From contig JBBIRR010000001.1 in assembly GCA_037441705.1 (NCBI GenBank), positions 276 through 64,275 of the forward strand: DNA of 64,000 nucleotides, read 5' to 3'. The notes under the pieces are model-generated. The model was given only the letters and a program-made list of their open reading frames with translations, made no database searches and was not told where the DNA came from. This DNA comes from Ignavibacteriales bacterium (GTDB lineage Bacteria > Bacteroidota > Ignavibacteria > UBA10030 > UBA6906). The position numbers and the translations under genes are program-made. Below are positions 41,830-52,649 of the stretch, one piece after another (position 1 is the stretch's first letter; the number at the start of each line of letters is the position of its first letter).

Positions 41830-42267
41830 CAAGGTCGGGCAACCGCGTGGCGCTTCAAGCGCCATGAGGAAAGTCCGAACTCCGCAGAGCAAGGTGCCCG
41901 GCGAACAGCCGGGGGTTTGACGGCGTAAGCCCTCAAACACGGAAAGTGTCACAGAAAACATACCGTCCGCCTCCTGGCGGATAAGGGTGAAAAGGCGAGG
42001 TAAGAGCTCACCGCATCATCAGTAATGATGATGGTCCCGATGAGGGATGGCGCCACCGGCGTCACACGACAAACCCCACCTGGAGCAAGATCGCGTAGAG
42101 AGCATGAAGTGGCTCGCTTCGACGCGTCGTTTCTCCGCAGGACGTCATCGGAGAACGATGCGCAACTCTCGGGTAGATCGCTTGAGTCCGCCGGCAACGA
42201 CGGACCCAGAGGAATGGTTGCCTCTCCGCTTTCGGGCGGAAAGACAGAATTCGGCTTACAGACCTTG
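41830..42267 (+). ncRNA. rnpB: RNase P RNA, bacterial type A
   Basis: Conserved universal regions visible: GAGGAAAGTCCGAACTCC (P4 5' strand), ACAGAAAACATACCGTCCGCC, GGTAAGAGCTCACCG, ACAGAATTCGGCTTACAG (P4 3' strand). Terminal P1 pairing CAAGGTC/GACCTTG. ~438 nt. Confidence 0.85.
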
Positions 42268-42299
42268 CAGTGTCCTTTTGTGATGGAGCGTCCAACACC

Positions 42300-44030
42300 A
42301 TGACCACCCGTGAGAACCGATGGACACTTGCACCACCACCTAACCCGGAAACCGTCGCCCGTCTTTCAAAAGAGATCAACGTCCCTGAACCCGTTGCACG
42401 GGTGTTGGTCTTGCGCGGCATCGACACCTACGAAAAGGCGAAGTCCTATTTTCGACCCACGCTGGAGCTTCTGCACGACCCGATGTTGATGGACGGCGTC
42501 GAGCGCGCCTCAACGCGCGTTATCGAGGCACTGACCAACAACCAACGGATTCTTGTCTTCGGCGACTACGATGTGGATGGAACCAACGGCACCTCCATGC
42601 TGTATCTGTTTCTGAAAGATCTCGGCGCCGATATCGAGTATTACATCCCCGATCGCATCAAAGAGGGATACGGCATCTCCCGAACGGGAATCGACCGCGC
42701 GGTAGCCAAGGGCGTGTCTCTTTTTGTGTCGGTTGACTGCGGCATCACGGCCATCGAGCAGGTGGAGTATGCCAACAGCCGCGGGCTGGATGTCATCATC
42801 TGCGACCATCACGAAGCGGGCGATACCATTCCCAATGCATACGCCGTGCTCGACCCCATCAAACCGGGCGACGCGTATCCGTTCAAGCACCTCTGCGGCT
42901 GCGGCGTGGGCTTCAAACTTCTTCAAGCCATCGCACAACGCGTCGGGCGTGAGGCTTCCCTCCTTTCGTATCTCGACTTCGTCACGCTTGCCAGCACCGC
43001 CGATATCGTTCCCCTGACAGGCGAAAATCGCGTGCTCGTCAAGCTCGGGCTGCAGAACATCAACGCCAATCCGCGGCCGGGCATCAAAGCCCTGATCGAA
43101 TCCGCAGGGTTCAAGGTCGGCCAGATTCACACCGGCCAGATCGTTTTCGGTCTTGCCCCGCGTATCAATGCGGTGGGAAGATTGGGTGATGCCATGCGCG
43201 CCGTACAACTCCTCACCTGCCAGGATATCGGCGAAGCGCAACGCCTGGCAAAGATCCTCGAAGAGGAGAATCAGCATCGCCGGAAAATCGACGGGGATAC
43301 TTTTGAGGAAGCACAGATGCTCGTCGAAAGCGAGTGCGACGACGTTGAAGCCGAAGCGGCACTTGTACTTCATCAGGACCATTGGCATCCCGGCGTCATC
43401 GGCATCGTCGCCTCCCGCATGGTCGAGAAGTATTACAAACCCGCGATCATGATGGCCACCGTTGACGGCGTGGCGAAGGGATCGGCGCGCAGCATCTCGG
43501 GCTTCAACATCTACGACGCCCTGAAGCGATGCGAGGAGACCATCCTGCAGTTTGGCGGTCACAAGTATGCCGCCGGCGTTACTGTCGAGCTGGCAAAGTT
43601 GGATGAGTTCAAGGAAGCGTTCAAGAACGCCGTCAAGGAAATGATGAGCGACGAGTTGAAAGTGCCGGAGATCCGGATCGACACAGAAATCTCCTTTTCG
43701 GAAATCACGCCTCGTTTCGTTCGCTTGCTGAACGAGTTCGCTCCATTCGGTCCCGGAAACATGCGGCCCGTGTTTCTCGCTCGCAACCTTGAACTCGCCG
43801 GTCCTGCTCGGATTGTGGGAAAGAATCATCTTCGCTTCAAGGTAAAGCAGAACAATCACGTGATTGATGCAATCGGGTTCAACCTCGGGCATCTCCTGCC
43901 CCGGCTGACACCCGGCCGAAACGACATCGAATGCGTATTCTCGGTAGAGGAGAATGACTTTGCCGCGCACAACGGCGGAAACGGACGGCGCGAGGCCGTT
44001 CCGCAGTTGAAAATCAAAGATCTTCGCTGA
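42300..44030 (+). CDS. recJ: single-stranded-DNA-specific exonuclease RecJ
   Basis: DHH and DHHA1 domains (FGDYDVDG, DHH motifs) plus C-terminal OB fold. Start at MTTRENRW so that it does not overlap rnpB. Confidence 0.9.
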   Translation: MTTRENRWTLAPPPNPETVARLSKEINVPEPVARVLVLRGIDTYEKAKSYFRPTLELLHDPMLMDGVERASTRVIEALTNNQRILVFGDYDVDGTNGTSMLYLFLKDLGADIEYYIPDRIKEGYGISRTGIDRAVAKGVSLFVSVDCGITAIEQVEYANSRGLDVIICDHHEAGDTIPNAYAVLDPIKPGDAYPFKHLCGCGVGFKLLQAIAQRVGREASLLSYLDFVTLASTADIVPLTGENRVLVKLGLQNINANPRPGIKALIESAGFKVGQIHTGQIVFGLAPRINAVGRLGDAMRAVQLLTCQDIGEAQRLAKILEEENQHRRKIDGDTFEEAQMLVESECDDVEAEAALVLHQDHWHPGVIGIVASRMVEKYYKPAIMMATVDGVAKGSARSISGFNIYDALKRCEETILQFGGHKYAAGVTVELAKLDEFKEAFKNAVKEMMSDELKVPEIRIDTEISFSEITPRFVRLLNEFAPFGPGNMRPVFLARNLELAGPARIVGKNHLRFKVKQNNHVIDAIGFNLGHLLPRLTPGRNDIECVFSVEENDFAAHNGGNGRREAVPQLKIKDLR

Positions 44031-44080
44031 CGGAACAGCGTCGCTTCTCAATACGCATGTATCACTGAAGGAGAACAACG

Positions 44081-44845
44081 ATGTCAGGTCATTCAAAATG
44101 GGCAACGATCAAGCGGAAGAAAGCAGCAACCGATGCTGCCCGCGGCCGCATGTTCACACGCCTCATCAAAGAAATCACGATTGCCGCGCGCGACGGCGGC
44201 GGCAACCCGGACGGCAACCCGCGGCTGAGACTCGCCATTCAGAACGCAAAAGCCGCCAACATGCCTGCAGACAATATCAAGCGGGCGATTCAGAAGGGGA
44301 CGGGCGAACTTCCCGGCACGGCATACGAGGAAGTGACGTATGAAGGCTACGGCCCCGGCGGCGTAGCCATTCTGGTCGAATGCGTCACCGATAACAGTAC
44401 GCGCACGGTCTCGGAGTTGCGCCATCTCTTCTCGCGCAACAACGGCAACCTCGGCACCGCAGGAAGTGTGGCGTGGATGTTCCACAAAAAGGGACAGATC
44501 ATCGTGCCGAAGGCGGGACAGCCGAAACCGCTCAGTGAGGACGACTTACTGGCCATCATTCTGGAGGCGGGCGCGGATGACATGCAGAGCGACGACACGT
44601 CCTACACCATCACGACAACGCCGCAGGCGTTCGAGGCGGTGAAGAAGGCCATTGAGGACAGCGGTATCCTCATCGAGAACGCGGCCATTCAGATGGTAGC
44701 GCAGAACACGGTGCGCGTCACCGGCAAGGATGCTGAGCAGACGCTGAAGCTGCTTGAAGCGCTCGAAGAGCACGACGACGTGCAGAATTTCTATTCGAAT
44801 TTTGAAATTGATGACAAAGAAATGGCGGCGCTCCACGCGTCCTGA
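44081..44845 (+). CDS. yebC: YebC/PmpR-family transcriptional regulator
   Basis: MSGHSKWATIKRKKAATDAARG signature N-terminus. Confidence 0.9.
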   Translation: MSGHSKWATIKRKKAATDAARGRMFTRLIKEITIAARDGGGNPDGNPRLRLAIQNAKAANMPADNIKRAIQKGTGELPGTAYEEVTYEGYGPGGVAILVECVTDNSTRTVSELRHLFSRNNGNLGTAGSVAWMFHKKGQIIVPKAGQPKPLSEDDLLAIILEAGADDMQSDDTSYTITTTPQAFEAVKKAIEDSGILIENAAIQMVAQNTVRVTGKDAEQTLKLLEALEEHDDVQNFYSNFEIDDKEMAALHAS

Positions 44846-44912
44846 GGCTGCCCGGGCTGAACTGCCGACGACGCACACCGGCACAAGAAAGCTCCAGGCG
44901 GCCGCGGAACTC

Positions 44913-45446
44913 GTGGTGCTGGGCGTTGATCCCGGAACGCTTGTGACGGGCTACGGCATCGTCGCGCGGCGCAAGAACGAGATGCACCTAGTAACGTGCG
45001 GCAGCATTGCCAACAACGGCAGCACCGCATTGCCGCTGCGACTCGAGCGCATCTACTCGGCACTTGAGCACATCATCACACAATATCATCCCGATGAGTT
45101 CGCCATCGAGTCCGCATTCTATGGCAAGAACGCCCAGTCGGCGTTGAAGTTAGGGCATGCGCGCGGCGTATCGATTCTCGCCGCCGTCCAGCGGCAGATT
45201 CCGACGACCGAATATTCGCCGCGTGAAGTCAAGCGTGCGCTTGTCGGCAACGGCGCAGCATCAAAGGAACAGGTACAGTTCATGGTCAGGTCGCTTCTTC
45301 GCCTTCCCGCTTCCCGAATGCTGCATGATACCTCCGACGCCCTTGCGGTCGCCATCTGTCATGCCCAGCGGATGACGACACCGGCACGCAAACACAAGGA
45401 CTGGAAGTCCTACGTCGAGTCCCACCCGGAGCGCGTGCGGGTATGA
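44913..45446 (+). CDS. ruvC: crossover junction endodeoxyribonuclease RuvC
   Basis: RNase H-like fold with LGVDPG catalytic Asp motif. GTG start inferred. Confidence 0.85.
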   Translation: MVLGVDPGTLVTGYGIVARRKNEMHLVTCGSIANNGSTALPLRLERIYSALEHIITQYHPDEFAIESAFYGKNAQSALKLGHARGVSILAAVQRQIPTTEYSPREVKRALVGNGAASKEQVQFMVRSLLRLPASRMLHDTSDALAVAICHAQRMTTPARKHKDWKSYVESHPERVRV

Positions 45447-46051
45447 TCGCCTCTCTGCACGGAACGCTCCTCACCAAGTCTCCCACCGAGCTGCTCATTG
45501 ACGTTCATGGCGTCGGCTACAGCGTGAGCATTCCTCTTTCCACCTACGAGCGGATCGGCGATGTGAATGCTCCTGTCACGATTTTCACCTATCTGCACGT
45601 ACGTGAGGATGCGCTTCAACTCTACGGCTTTGCGACGGATGAGGAGCGTCGGATGTTCAAGCTGCTCATCTCCGTCTCGGGCATCGGGCCGAGGATGGCA
45701 CAGAGTATCCTCTCCGGCATTTCCGTCACCGACCTGACAACGTTCATCAGCGAGGCGAATGCCATCGCCCTCACGAGAATTCCCGGCATCGGCAAGAAAA
45801 TTGCCGAACGGCTTGTCGTTGAGCTGCGCGAGAAGATCGGCAAGATGGAGATGGTCGGTTCGCTTCCGCCGGCCTCCTCACCTGCGCAGACGGGCATTCG
45901 CAGCGAAGCGCTGCTTGCGCTTACTTCGCTCGGCTTCAACCGAACGGCGGCGGAAAAGGCGCTGCGCGCGGCCATTCAGGAAACAAACGGAAAAGACGTG
46001 ACGGTGGAGGTACTGATCAAAGCTGCCCTGAAGCACGCGACGGGACAGTAG
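45443..46051 (+). CDS. ruvA: Holliday junction DNA helicase RuvA
   Basis: OB fold plus tandem HhH motifs ([20 protein letters not shown]). Confidence 0.9.
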   Translation: MIASLHGTLLTKSPTELLIDVHGVGYSVSIPLSTYERIGDVNAPVTIFTYLHVREDALQLYGFATDEERRMFKLLISVSGIGPRMAQSILSGISVTDLTTFISEANAIALTRIPGIGKKIAERLVVELREKIGKMEMVGSLPPASSPAQTGIRSEALLALTSLGFNRTAAEKALRAAIQETNGKDVTVEVLIKAALKHATGQ

Positions 46052-46134
46052 CATCAGCTCATCTCGTTTGTGCCGACCCATGCGTGCGGCGAGAGCCGTT
46101 GTATTTCAACCGTCTCTGTTTTACATTGGTGCAA

Positions 46135-47199
<1,065 letters not shown>

Positions 47200-47240
47200 C
47201 CACATAATTCGCAAACGCAGACTACCGAAGGACCATCGTC

Positions 47241-48836
47241 ATGGCTCTCGACAAGGACTTAGCCTCGATTCAGGAAGTTCGTGATCTCCTGCAGAAAGCT
47301 AAAGAAGCGCAGGTGGAGTTCAGAAATTACTCCCAGCATCAGGTGGACACGATTGTCAAAGCGATGGCTGATGCCGGGTACGCTGAAGCGGCGCGGCTCG
47401 GTCGCCTTGCCTGCGACGAAACCGGTTTCGGGAAACCGGAGGACAAGCAGAAGAAGAACGAGTTCGCCACGCGACGCGTCTGGGAGTCCATCAAAGACTT
47501 GAAGACCGTTGGTGTGGTGGAAGTGGATGAACAGAAGAAAGTGTACAAGATTGCCGAGCCGATGGGCGTGGTGGCGGCGCTGATTCCTTCAACCAATCCG
47601 ACCTCAACGGTCATGTTCAAGGCCATCATTTCAGTGAAGGCCCGCAATGCCATCGTGGCGAGTCCGCATCCGAGAGCGGCGCGCTGCACGGTCGAGGCAA
47701 TCAACGTCGTGCGAGATGCGGCCGAGCAGGCCGGCGCGCCGAAGCATCTCATCGCCTGTCTGCACACGCCGACGCTCGAAGGAACGAATGAGCTGATGCG
47801 CCACAAACTCACCGCCGTCATCCTCGCTACCGGCAGCAACCAGATGGTAAAGGCGGCGTACAGCTCCGGCAAGCCAGCGTACGGCGTCGGCTCGGGCAAC
47901 GTGCCCGCCTTCATCGAGCGGACGGCGAACATTCGCAAAGCGGTTGCAGATATCGTGTCGGGCAAGCAGTTCGACTACGGCACACTGTGCTCTACCGAGG
48001 CGTCGGTGATTTGTGACGCGCCGATCAAGAATCAGGTGGTGGAAGAGTTCAAGCGACGCGGCGCGTACTTCGTAGCGGGCGACGAGAAGGAACGCTTAGG
48101 CCGGCTCATGTTCAGCGAGCGCGGCGCCATCAATCCCGACATCGTCGGTAAGTCGCCGGTCTGGATCGCACAGAAAGCCGGCATCACGGTTCCCTCGCAC
48201 ACGACGGTGCTGATTGCCGAGCTGCAAGGGGTAGGACGTGAATATCCCCTCTCGCGTGAAAAACTCTCTCCGGTGCTGTCGTTCTACACCGAAGATGGCT
48301 GGCGCGATGCATGTCATCGCTGCATCGAGCTGTTGGAGTTTGGGGGGATCGGGCACACAATGGTGATTCATTCAAAGGACAGCGACATCATCATGAAGTT
48401 TGCATTGGAGAAGCCGGCGTTTCGCATTCTCGTCAACACGCAGGCGGCGCTTGGGGCCGTCGGCTACACCAATGGCCTCGATCCTTCCATGACACTCGGT
48501 CCCGGCACGTGGGGCGGCTCCATTATTTCGGAAAACGTCACGGCAAAGCATCTCATCAACTATAAACGTCTCGCCTTCGAAACCAACCCGATTAATCCGG
48601 AAGCGGGTGTTGCCTCGCCCGGGGTTCAACATCCGGCAGCCTCCCCGTCCGGCTCATGGATGGAGGAGATCGACAGAAGAATCATCATGAAGGCGGGCAA
48701 TCCCGTTCTGCCGGGATGGAAGAAGGAGGACGCCCACAGGCCGCCCGCCGCCACACCTTCCACGGTGTACGGCAGCGGCATCTCCGCCGAAGAAGTCGAC
48801 CGCATCATCGAATCGTTTTCGAAGGAACTGAAGTAG
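47241..48836 (+). CDS. CoA-acylating aldehyde dehydrogenase (EutE/PduP-like) with ~70-aa C-terminal extension
   Basis: ALDH fold with catalytic Cys context (GTLCSTEASVICD) and overall EutE-like architecture (~460-aa core), plus an extra Pro/Ala-rich tail. Confidence 0.75.
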   Translation: MALDKDLASIQEVRDLLQKAKEAQVEFRNYSQHQVDTIVKAMADAGYAEAARLGRLACDETGFGKPEDKQKKNEFATRRVWESIKDLKTVGVVEVDEQKKVYKIAEPMGVVAALIPSTNPTSTVMFKAIISVKARNAIVASPHPRAARCTVEAINVVRDAAEQAGAPKHLIACLHTPTLEGTNELMRHKLTAVILATGSNQMVKAAYSSGKPAYGVGSGNVPAFIERTANIRKAVADIVSGKQFDYGTLCSTEASVICDAPIKNQVVEEFKRRGAYFVAGDEKERLGRLMFSERGAINPDIVGKSPVWIAQKAGITVPSHTTVLIAELQGVGREYPLSREKLSPVLSFYTEDGWRDACHRCIELLEFGGIGHTMVIHSKDSDIIMKFALEKPAFRILVNTQAALGAVGYTNGLDPSMTLGPGTWGGSIISENVTAKHLINYKRLAFETNPINPEAGVASPGVQHPAASPSGSWMEEIDRRIIMKAGNPVLPGWKKEDAHRPPAATPSTVYGSGISAEEVDRIIESFSKELK

Positions 48837-49026
48837 ATCCACCGGCCCTTTCGAGAATTCCGCGCGCATTTGGACAGTCCGAAGAACTCCGTTGCAGTAC
48901 TCTGATAAAATCGGTAGATTAGTACGGCCTGGTAGGCGCGATTGGCTATTCTCTGGAAAATGTCTCGCTGCTCTCATCTTCAACAATCTCACAACATCTA
49001 CCCACATCAACCGAAAGGATCTGACG

Positions 49027-50529
49027 ATGAAACTCTCTACGGTTTCCTGTACGATGGTCCTTGTGCTCGCGGTTGTGTTCGCGTCGCATGCACAATACAG
49101 AGACATAGGACTCGGAGGAGGGGTCGGGTTTGGTAGTATTCTTGGTCAGACTGATGACCTTGCGGACCGAGAAGGTCGCTTTCTGGCTCGTGCGTTCATG
49201 CGCTACGGCATTGTCAACGGCGTGCAGGCAGAATTGGGTATTGGTTTGGGCAAGCTTGCAGGCAAGAATCGAGTCGGTAATTATGAGGGAAGTCAAGACA
49301 ACACGACCGCACTCAGCGAGTTAGTGCCGATTGATGTTCGCTTTCTCTTCAGCCCCTTCTCCTTTACGGGATGGAATCCCTATCTCTACGCCGGTGTTGG
49401 TGCCGTGCATTATCGTATGGAGGAGGTTCCCGGCAACACCGATCCGAACGTCAAGAAGAGCGGCTGGTCGGCCTTCGCACCCGGAGGGGCGGGCGTTCAG
49501 ATTCGGATTGATGATCATACTTCCTTCGAGGTCAGCGGTGGCTTGAATTACGCCTTCAGCGACAAGCTCAATACGATCACCCAAAACTCACAGGTCAACG
49601 CAAGCAAGAATGATGCATACTGGAGTTTCCTTGCCGGTCTGACGGTCGTGAGTGAGAGCGGAAGCGCCGACCGCGATCACGACGGCTTGACGAACAGCCA
49701 GGAAAAGGAATTGGGCACCGACAAGAACAATCCCGATAGCGACGGCGATGGCCTGAACGACGGGGATGAGTTCACGACGTACAAGACCGACCCGCTGAAG
49801 GCCGACACCGACGGCGATGGCCTGAAGGATGGCGAAGAAATCACCACCTTCCGCACCGATCCGAACAAAGCCGATAGCGATGGCGACGGGCTCAGCGACG
49901 GCGACGAAGCGCTCAAGTACCGAACCGACCCGCTGAAGGCCGACACCGATGCCGACGGACTGAACGACGGCGACGAGGTGACCAGATACCGCACCGATCC
50001 GATGAAAGCGGACAGCGATGGCGATGGCTTGAACGATGGCGAGGAGGTAAGTACATACCGGACCGATCCGCTGAAGGCCGACACCGACGGCGGCACGATC
50101 AACGACGGGCAAGAAGTTGCCAACAGGACCAATCCGCTTGACGCGAGTGACGATGTGCCGAAGAAGAAAGAGATCAAGGTCGAAGCCGGTAAAGCGATTG
50201 TTCTCGAAGGAATTGTCTTCCGCACAGGCAGTGCAGCGATCGAGCCTTCGTCGGAAGAGATTCTCGAGCAGGCATTCAACACGCTTGATCAGAACAAGGA
50301 CATCACGGTCGAGATTCGGGGCTATACGGACAACGTCGGAAGCCGGGCAGCGAACCTGCGTCTCTCGCAGCGCCGCGCCGACGCAGTCAAGGCATGGCTG
50401 GTCAAGAAGGGCATTGCCGCCGCGCGCATTACGACGAAGGGCTATGGTCCGGACAACCCCATTGCAGATAACAAGACCGCCGAAGGACGGCAGAAGAATC
50501 GCCGGATCGAATTCTTCAGAACGAAATGA
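49027..50529 (+). CDS. outer-membrane protein: N-terminal beta-barrel, six thrombospondin type-3 calcium-binding repeats, C-terminal OmpA peptidoglycan-binding domain
   Basis: Signal peptide; repeated DxDGDGLxDGDE motifs; C-terminal OmpA motif (NLRLSQRRADAV…). Confidence 0.85.
   Translation: MKLSTVSCTMVLVLAVVFASHAQYRDIGLGGGVGFGSILGQTDDLADREGRFLARAFMRYGIVNGVQAELGIGLGKLAGKNRVGNYEGSQDNTTALSELVPIDVRFLFSPFSFTGWNPYLYAGVGAVHYRMEEVPGNTDPNVKKSGWSAFAPGGAGVQIRIDDHTSFEVSGGLNYAFSDKLNTITQNSQVNASKNDAYWSFLAGLTVVSESGSADRDHDGLTNSQEKELGTDKNNPDSDGDGLNDGDEFTTYKTDPLKADTDGDGLKDGEEITTFRTDPNKADSDGDGLSDGDEALKYRTDPLKADTDADGLNDGDEVTRYRTDPMKADSDGDGLNDGEEVSTYRTDPLKADTDGGTINDGQEVANRTNPLDASDDVPKKKEIKVEAGKAIVLEGIVFRTGSAAIEPSSEEILEQAFNTLDQNKDITVEIRGYTDNVGSRAANLRLSQRRADAVKAWLVKKGIAAARITTKGYGPDNPIADNKTAEGRQKNRRIEFFRTK
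49735..50154 (+). repeat. coding tandem repeat, 6 x 69 nt (23-aa TSP3 units)
   Basis: Units D[ST]D[GA]DGL[NKS]DG[DE]E..T.[YF][RK]TDP.KA repeated six times in frame. Confidence 0.8.
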
Positions 50530-50550
50530 TCGTGTAGCCATCCACACTCG

Positions 50551-50600
50551 ATGAAGCCCGTGCTCGCACGCGTGGTGGCGGGGCGGGCTTCATGTTTTCT
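50551..50600 (+). terminator. probable terminator after the OmpA/TSP3 gene
   Basis: ATGAAGCCCG...CGGGCTTCAT stem with GTTTTCTT tail. Confidence 0.5.
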
Positions 50601-50635
50601 TCCACCTCTCTCACAAACAACGAAGGAGCATCACC

Positions 50636-51016
50636 ATGTCAATGCTGCAAGAATTCAAAGCGTTCGCCATGAAAGGCAATGTGCTCGACCTTGCCGTTGG
50701 CGTCATCATCGGCGGAGCGTTCGGAACGATCGTCAACTCGTTGGTCGGCGATGTCTTTATGCCAATCATCGGCATCCTGACAGGCGGTATCAACTTCAGC
50801 GGTCTCTCGGTCAGCATCGGTGAAGCCGCGATCGCGTACGGCAAGTTCATCCAGGCGGTGTTCGTTTTCTTGATCACTGCGTGGGCCCTGTTCCTGGTGG
50901 TGAAAGCCGCCAACGCGATGAAGAAGCAAGAGGAAGCGAAGCCCGCCGCCCCTCCCGCGCCGACAAAAGAAGAAATCCTTTTGACGGAAATCCGCGACGC
51001 ACTTCGGGCACGGTAG
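50636..51016 (+). CDS. mscL: large-conductance mechanosensitive channel
   Basis: Full-length MscL (…[17 protein letters not shown]…). Confidence 0.9.
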   Translation: MSMLQEFKAFAMKGNVLDLAVGVIIGGAFGTIVNSLVGDVFMPIIGILTGGINFSGLSVSIGEAAIAYGKFIQAVFVFLITAWALFLVVKAANAMKKQEEAKPAAPPAPTKEEILLTEIRDALRAR

Positions 51017-51096
51017 CATCGCATCAACAAATCCGTTGGACCGATGATCTCCGATTCGGGCCAACGGACGTTCCCACAAACCAATTGAATATCGCT

Positions 51097-51945
51097 ATGA
51101 AAGCATTGATCGCTCTTATGCTTTGCGCATGGCTTCCAGCGTTTGGCCAGTCCGACACCGCAGCAACGTACGGATGGAAGCACACGATGACCGCTGGACT
51201 GAACGTCAGTCAGATTTCGTTCACGAACTGGTCGGGAGGGGGCGATAACGCTCTCTCGTGGACGCTTGTGCTGGATGGAAAGTCGGCGCAAGATGAAGAG
51301 AAGACGACTTGGGCAACGACCTACAAGTTTGCATTCGGTCAAGCTCGCATCAGTGACAAGGGATTGCGGAAGACGGAGGATCGCATCGACGTCGAGTCTA
51401 TCCTGACCTTCAAGATGAACCAGTATGTCAACCCGTACGCTGCGGTCACGATCAAGACGCAGTTTGCGAAGGGGTACAAATACGATTCGCCGGCGGCGGG
51501 TATCAACACACCGGTGTCGCAATTCTTCGACCCGGCCTATCTCACGCAGAGCGTCGGTGCCGGGTGGCAGCCCCTCTCCGAGCTTAAGACGCGGATCGGT
51601 GCAGCGTTGCGCGAAACCTTTGCCGATCGCTTCGCCGCACTCTACACAGATGATCCGGAAACACAGGGCGAGGTGGAGAAATCGAAGGTCGAAGGCGGCG
51701 CCGAATCGGTCACCGATCTTGAGTGGAAGATCGCAGAAAACGTTCTCTTCACGTCGAAACTCGAGATCTTCGCTCCGTTCAGAAAATTCGACCGCCTCGA
51801 TATCCGAACAGACGCCAAGCTCACATTCACCGTGAGCAAGTACATTGCGGCGATGGTGAATGTCCAGGTTGTGAACATCGAGCCATTTCCGCGGACGCAG
51901 GTGAAGGAAACGATCGCCCTCGGCTTGACGTACAACGTGTTCTAA
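51097..51945 (+). CDS. DUF3078-like outer-membrane beta-barrel protein
   Basis: Signal peptide (…AFGQ), beta-strand periodicity, C-terminal aromatic residue (…YNVF). Confidence 0.55.
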   Translation: MKALIALMLCAWLPAFGQSDTAATYGWKHTMTAGLNVSQISFTNWSGGGDNALSWTLVLDGKSAQDEEKTTWATTYKFAFGQARISDKGLRKTEDRIDVESILTFKMNQYVNPYAAVTIKTQFAKGYKYDSPAAGINTPVSQFFDPAYLTQSVGAGWQPLSELKTRIGAALRETFADRFAALYTDDPETQGEVEKSKVEGGAESVTDLEWKIAENVLFTSKLEIFAPFRKFDRLDIRTDAKLTFTVSKYIAAMVNVQVVNIEPFPRTQVKETIALGLTYNVF

Positions 51946-51986
51946 CGATGCAACGCATTCTATCTGCCGCGGAACGTAGGTCCGCC

Positions 51987-52649
51987 ATGAGAACGTCGAA
52001 GCATCACAGGAGGCGTCCTGCATCTCCCCTCCGTCTGAGAAAGCTTCCTCGATCATTCTATCTTCAGCCTACGCTGCGCGTAGCGCGGCAGTTGTTAGGG
52101 ATGTATCTTGTACGCGATGATGGTCGTGAACGCCTTGTCGGAAAGATCGTAGAAGTGGAAGCATACCTGGGAGAGCAAGACCCGGCAAGCCACGCGTACA
52201 AAGGAATGACCGAGCGCAACGAGGTGATGTTCTGGCAGGGCGGGCATCTGTACGTGTACTTCATCTACGGCATGCACTACTGCTGCAACGTTGTGACGGA
52301 ACGACAAGGCGTGGGGCATGCAATTCTCCTCCGTGCGGCAGAGCCGGTAGCCGGCATCGCAACGATGGCGCGCAATCGCGGGTTGCGGCTGAACTCGGAG
52401 CGCGACCTCGCACTGCTCTGCAGCGGGCCGGCGCGCCTGTGTCAGGCTTTCGGCATCGGGCGGAAAGAAAACGGAACAGACCTGTGCGGGGAGAAAATCT
52501 GGATTGCTGCCGGTTCGACGGCGCGAGCATTGCATCGGATCGGGCGCTCACGCCGTGTGGGGATCGTACGCGCGGTGGATCACCCGTGGCGGTTTTTTAT
52601 TCGCGGCAGCCGGTTCGTCTCGCCGGCAAAGCCCGCACGATCGAGCTAG
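51987..52649 (+). CDS. mpg: DNA-3-methyladenine glycosylase (Mpg/AAG family)
   Basis: IVEVEAYLG…DPASHA…RN..MF..GG..YVY..YG.H.C.NVV signature. An alternative ATG at 51948 is in frame. Confidence 0.8.
   Translation: MRTSKHHRRRPASPLRLRKLPRSFYLQPTLRVARQLLGMYLVRDDGRERLVGKIVEVEAYLGEQDPASHAYKGMTERNEVMFWQGGHLYVYFIYGMHYCCNVVTERQGVGHAILLRAAEPVAGIATMARNRGLRLNSERDLALLCSGPARLCQAFGIGRKENGTDLCGEKIWIAAGSTARALHRIGRSRRVGIVRAVDHPWRFFIRGSRFVSPAKPARSS

Noticed and set aside
41949-42427. Four overlapping 78..121-aa ORFs on both strands
   Set aside because: They lie on the RNase P RNA gene. The structured RNA explains the absence of stops.
42510-44105. 531-aa minus-strand ORF antisense to recJ
   Set aside because: RecJ motifs are unambiguous on the plus strand. 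This is an antisense shadow ORF.
49735-50154. Tandem 69-nt repeat that might be taken for a CRISPR-like or non-coding array
   Set aside because: It is in frame within the OmpA protein and encodes TSP3 units. There are no spacer-like unique segments.
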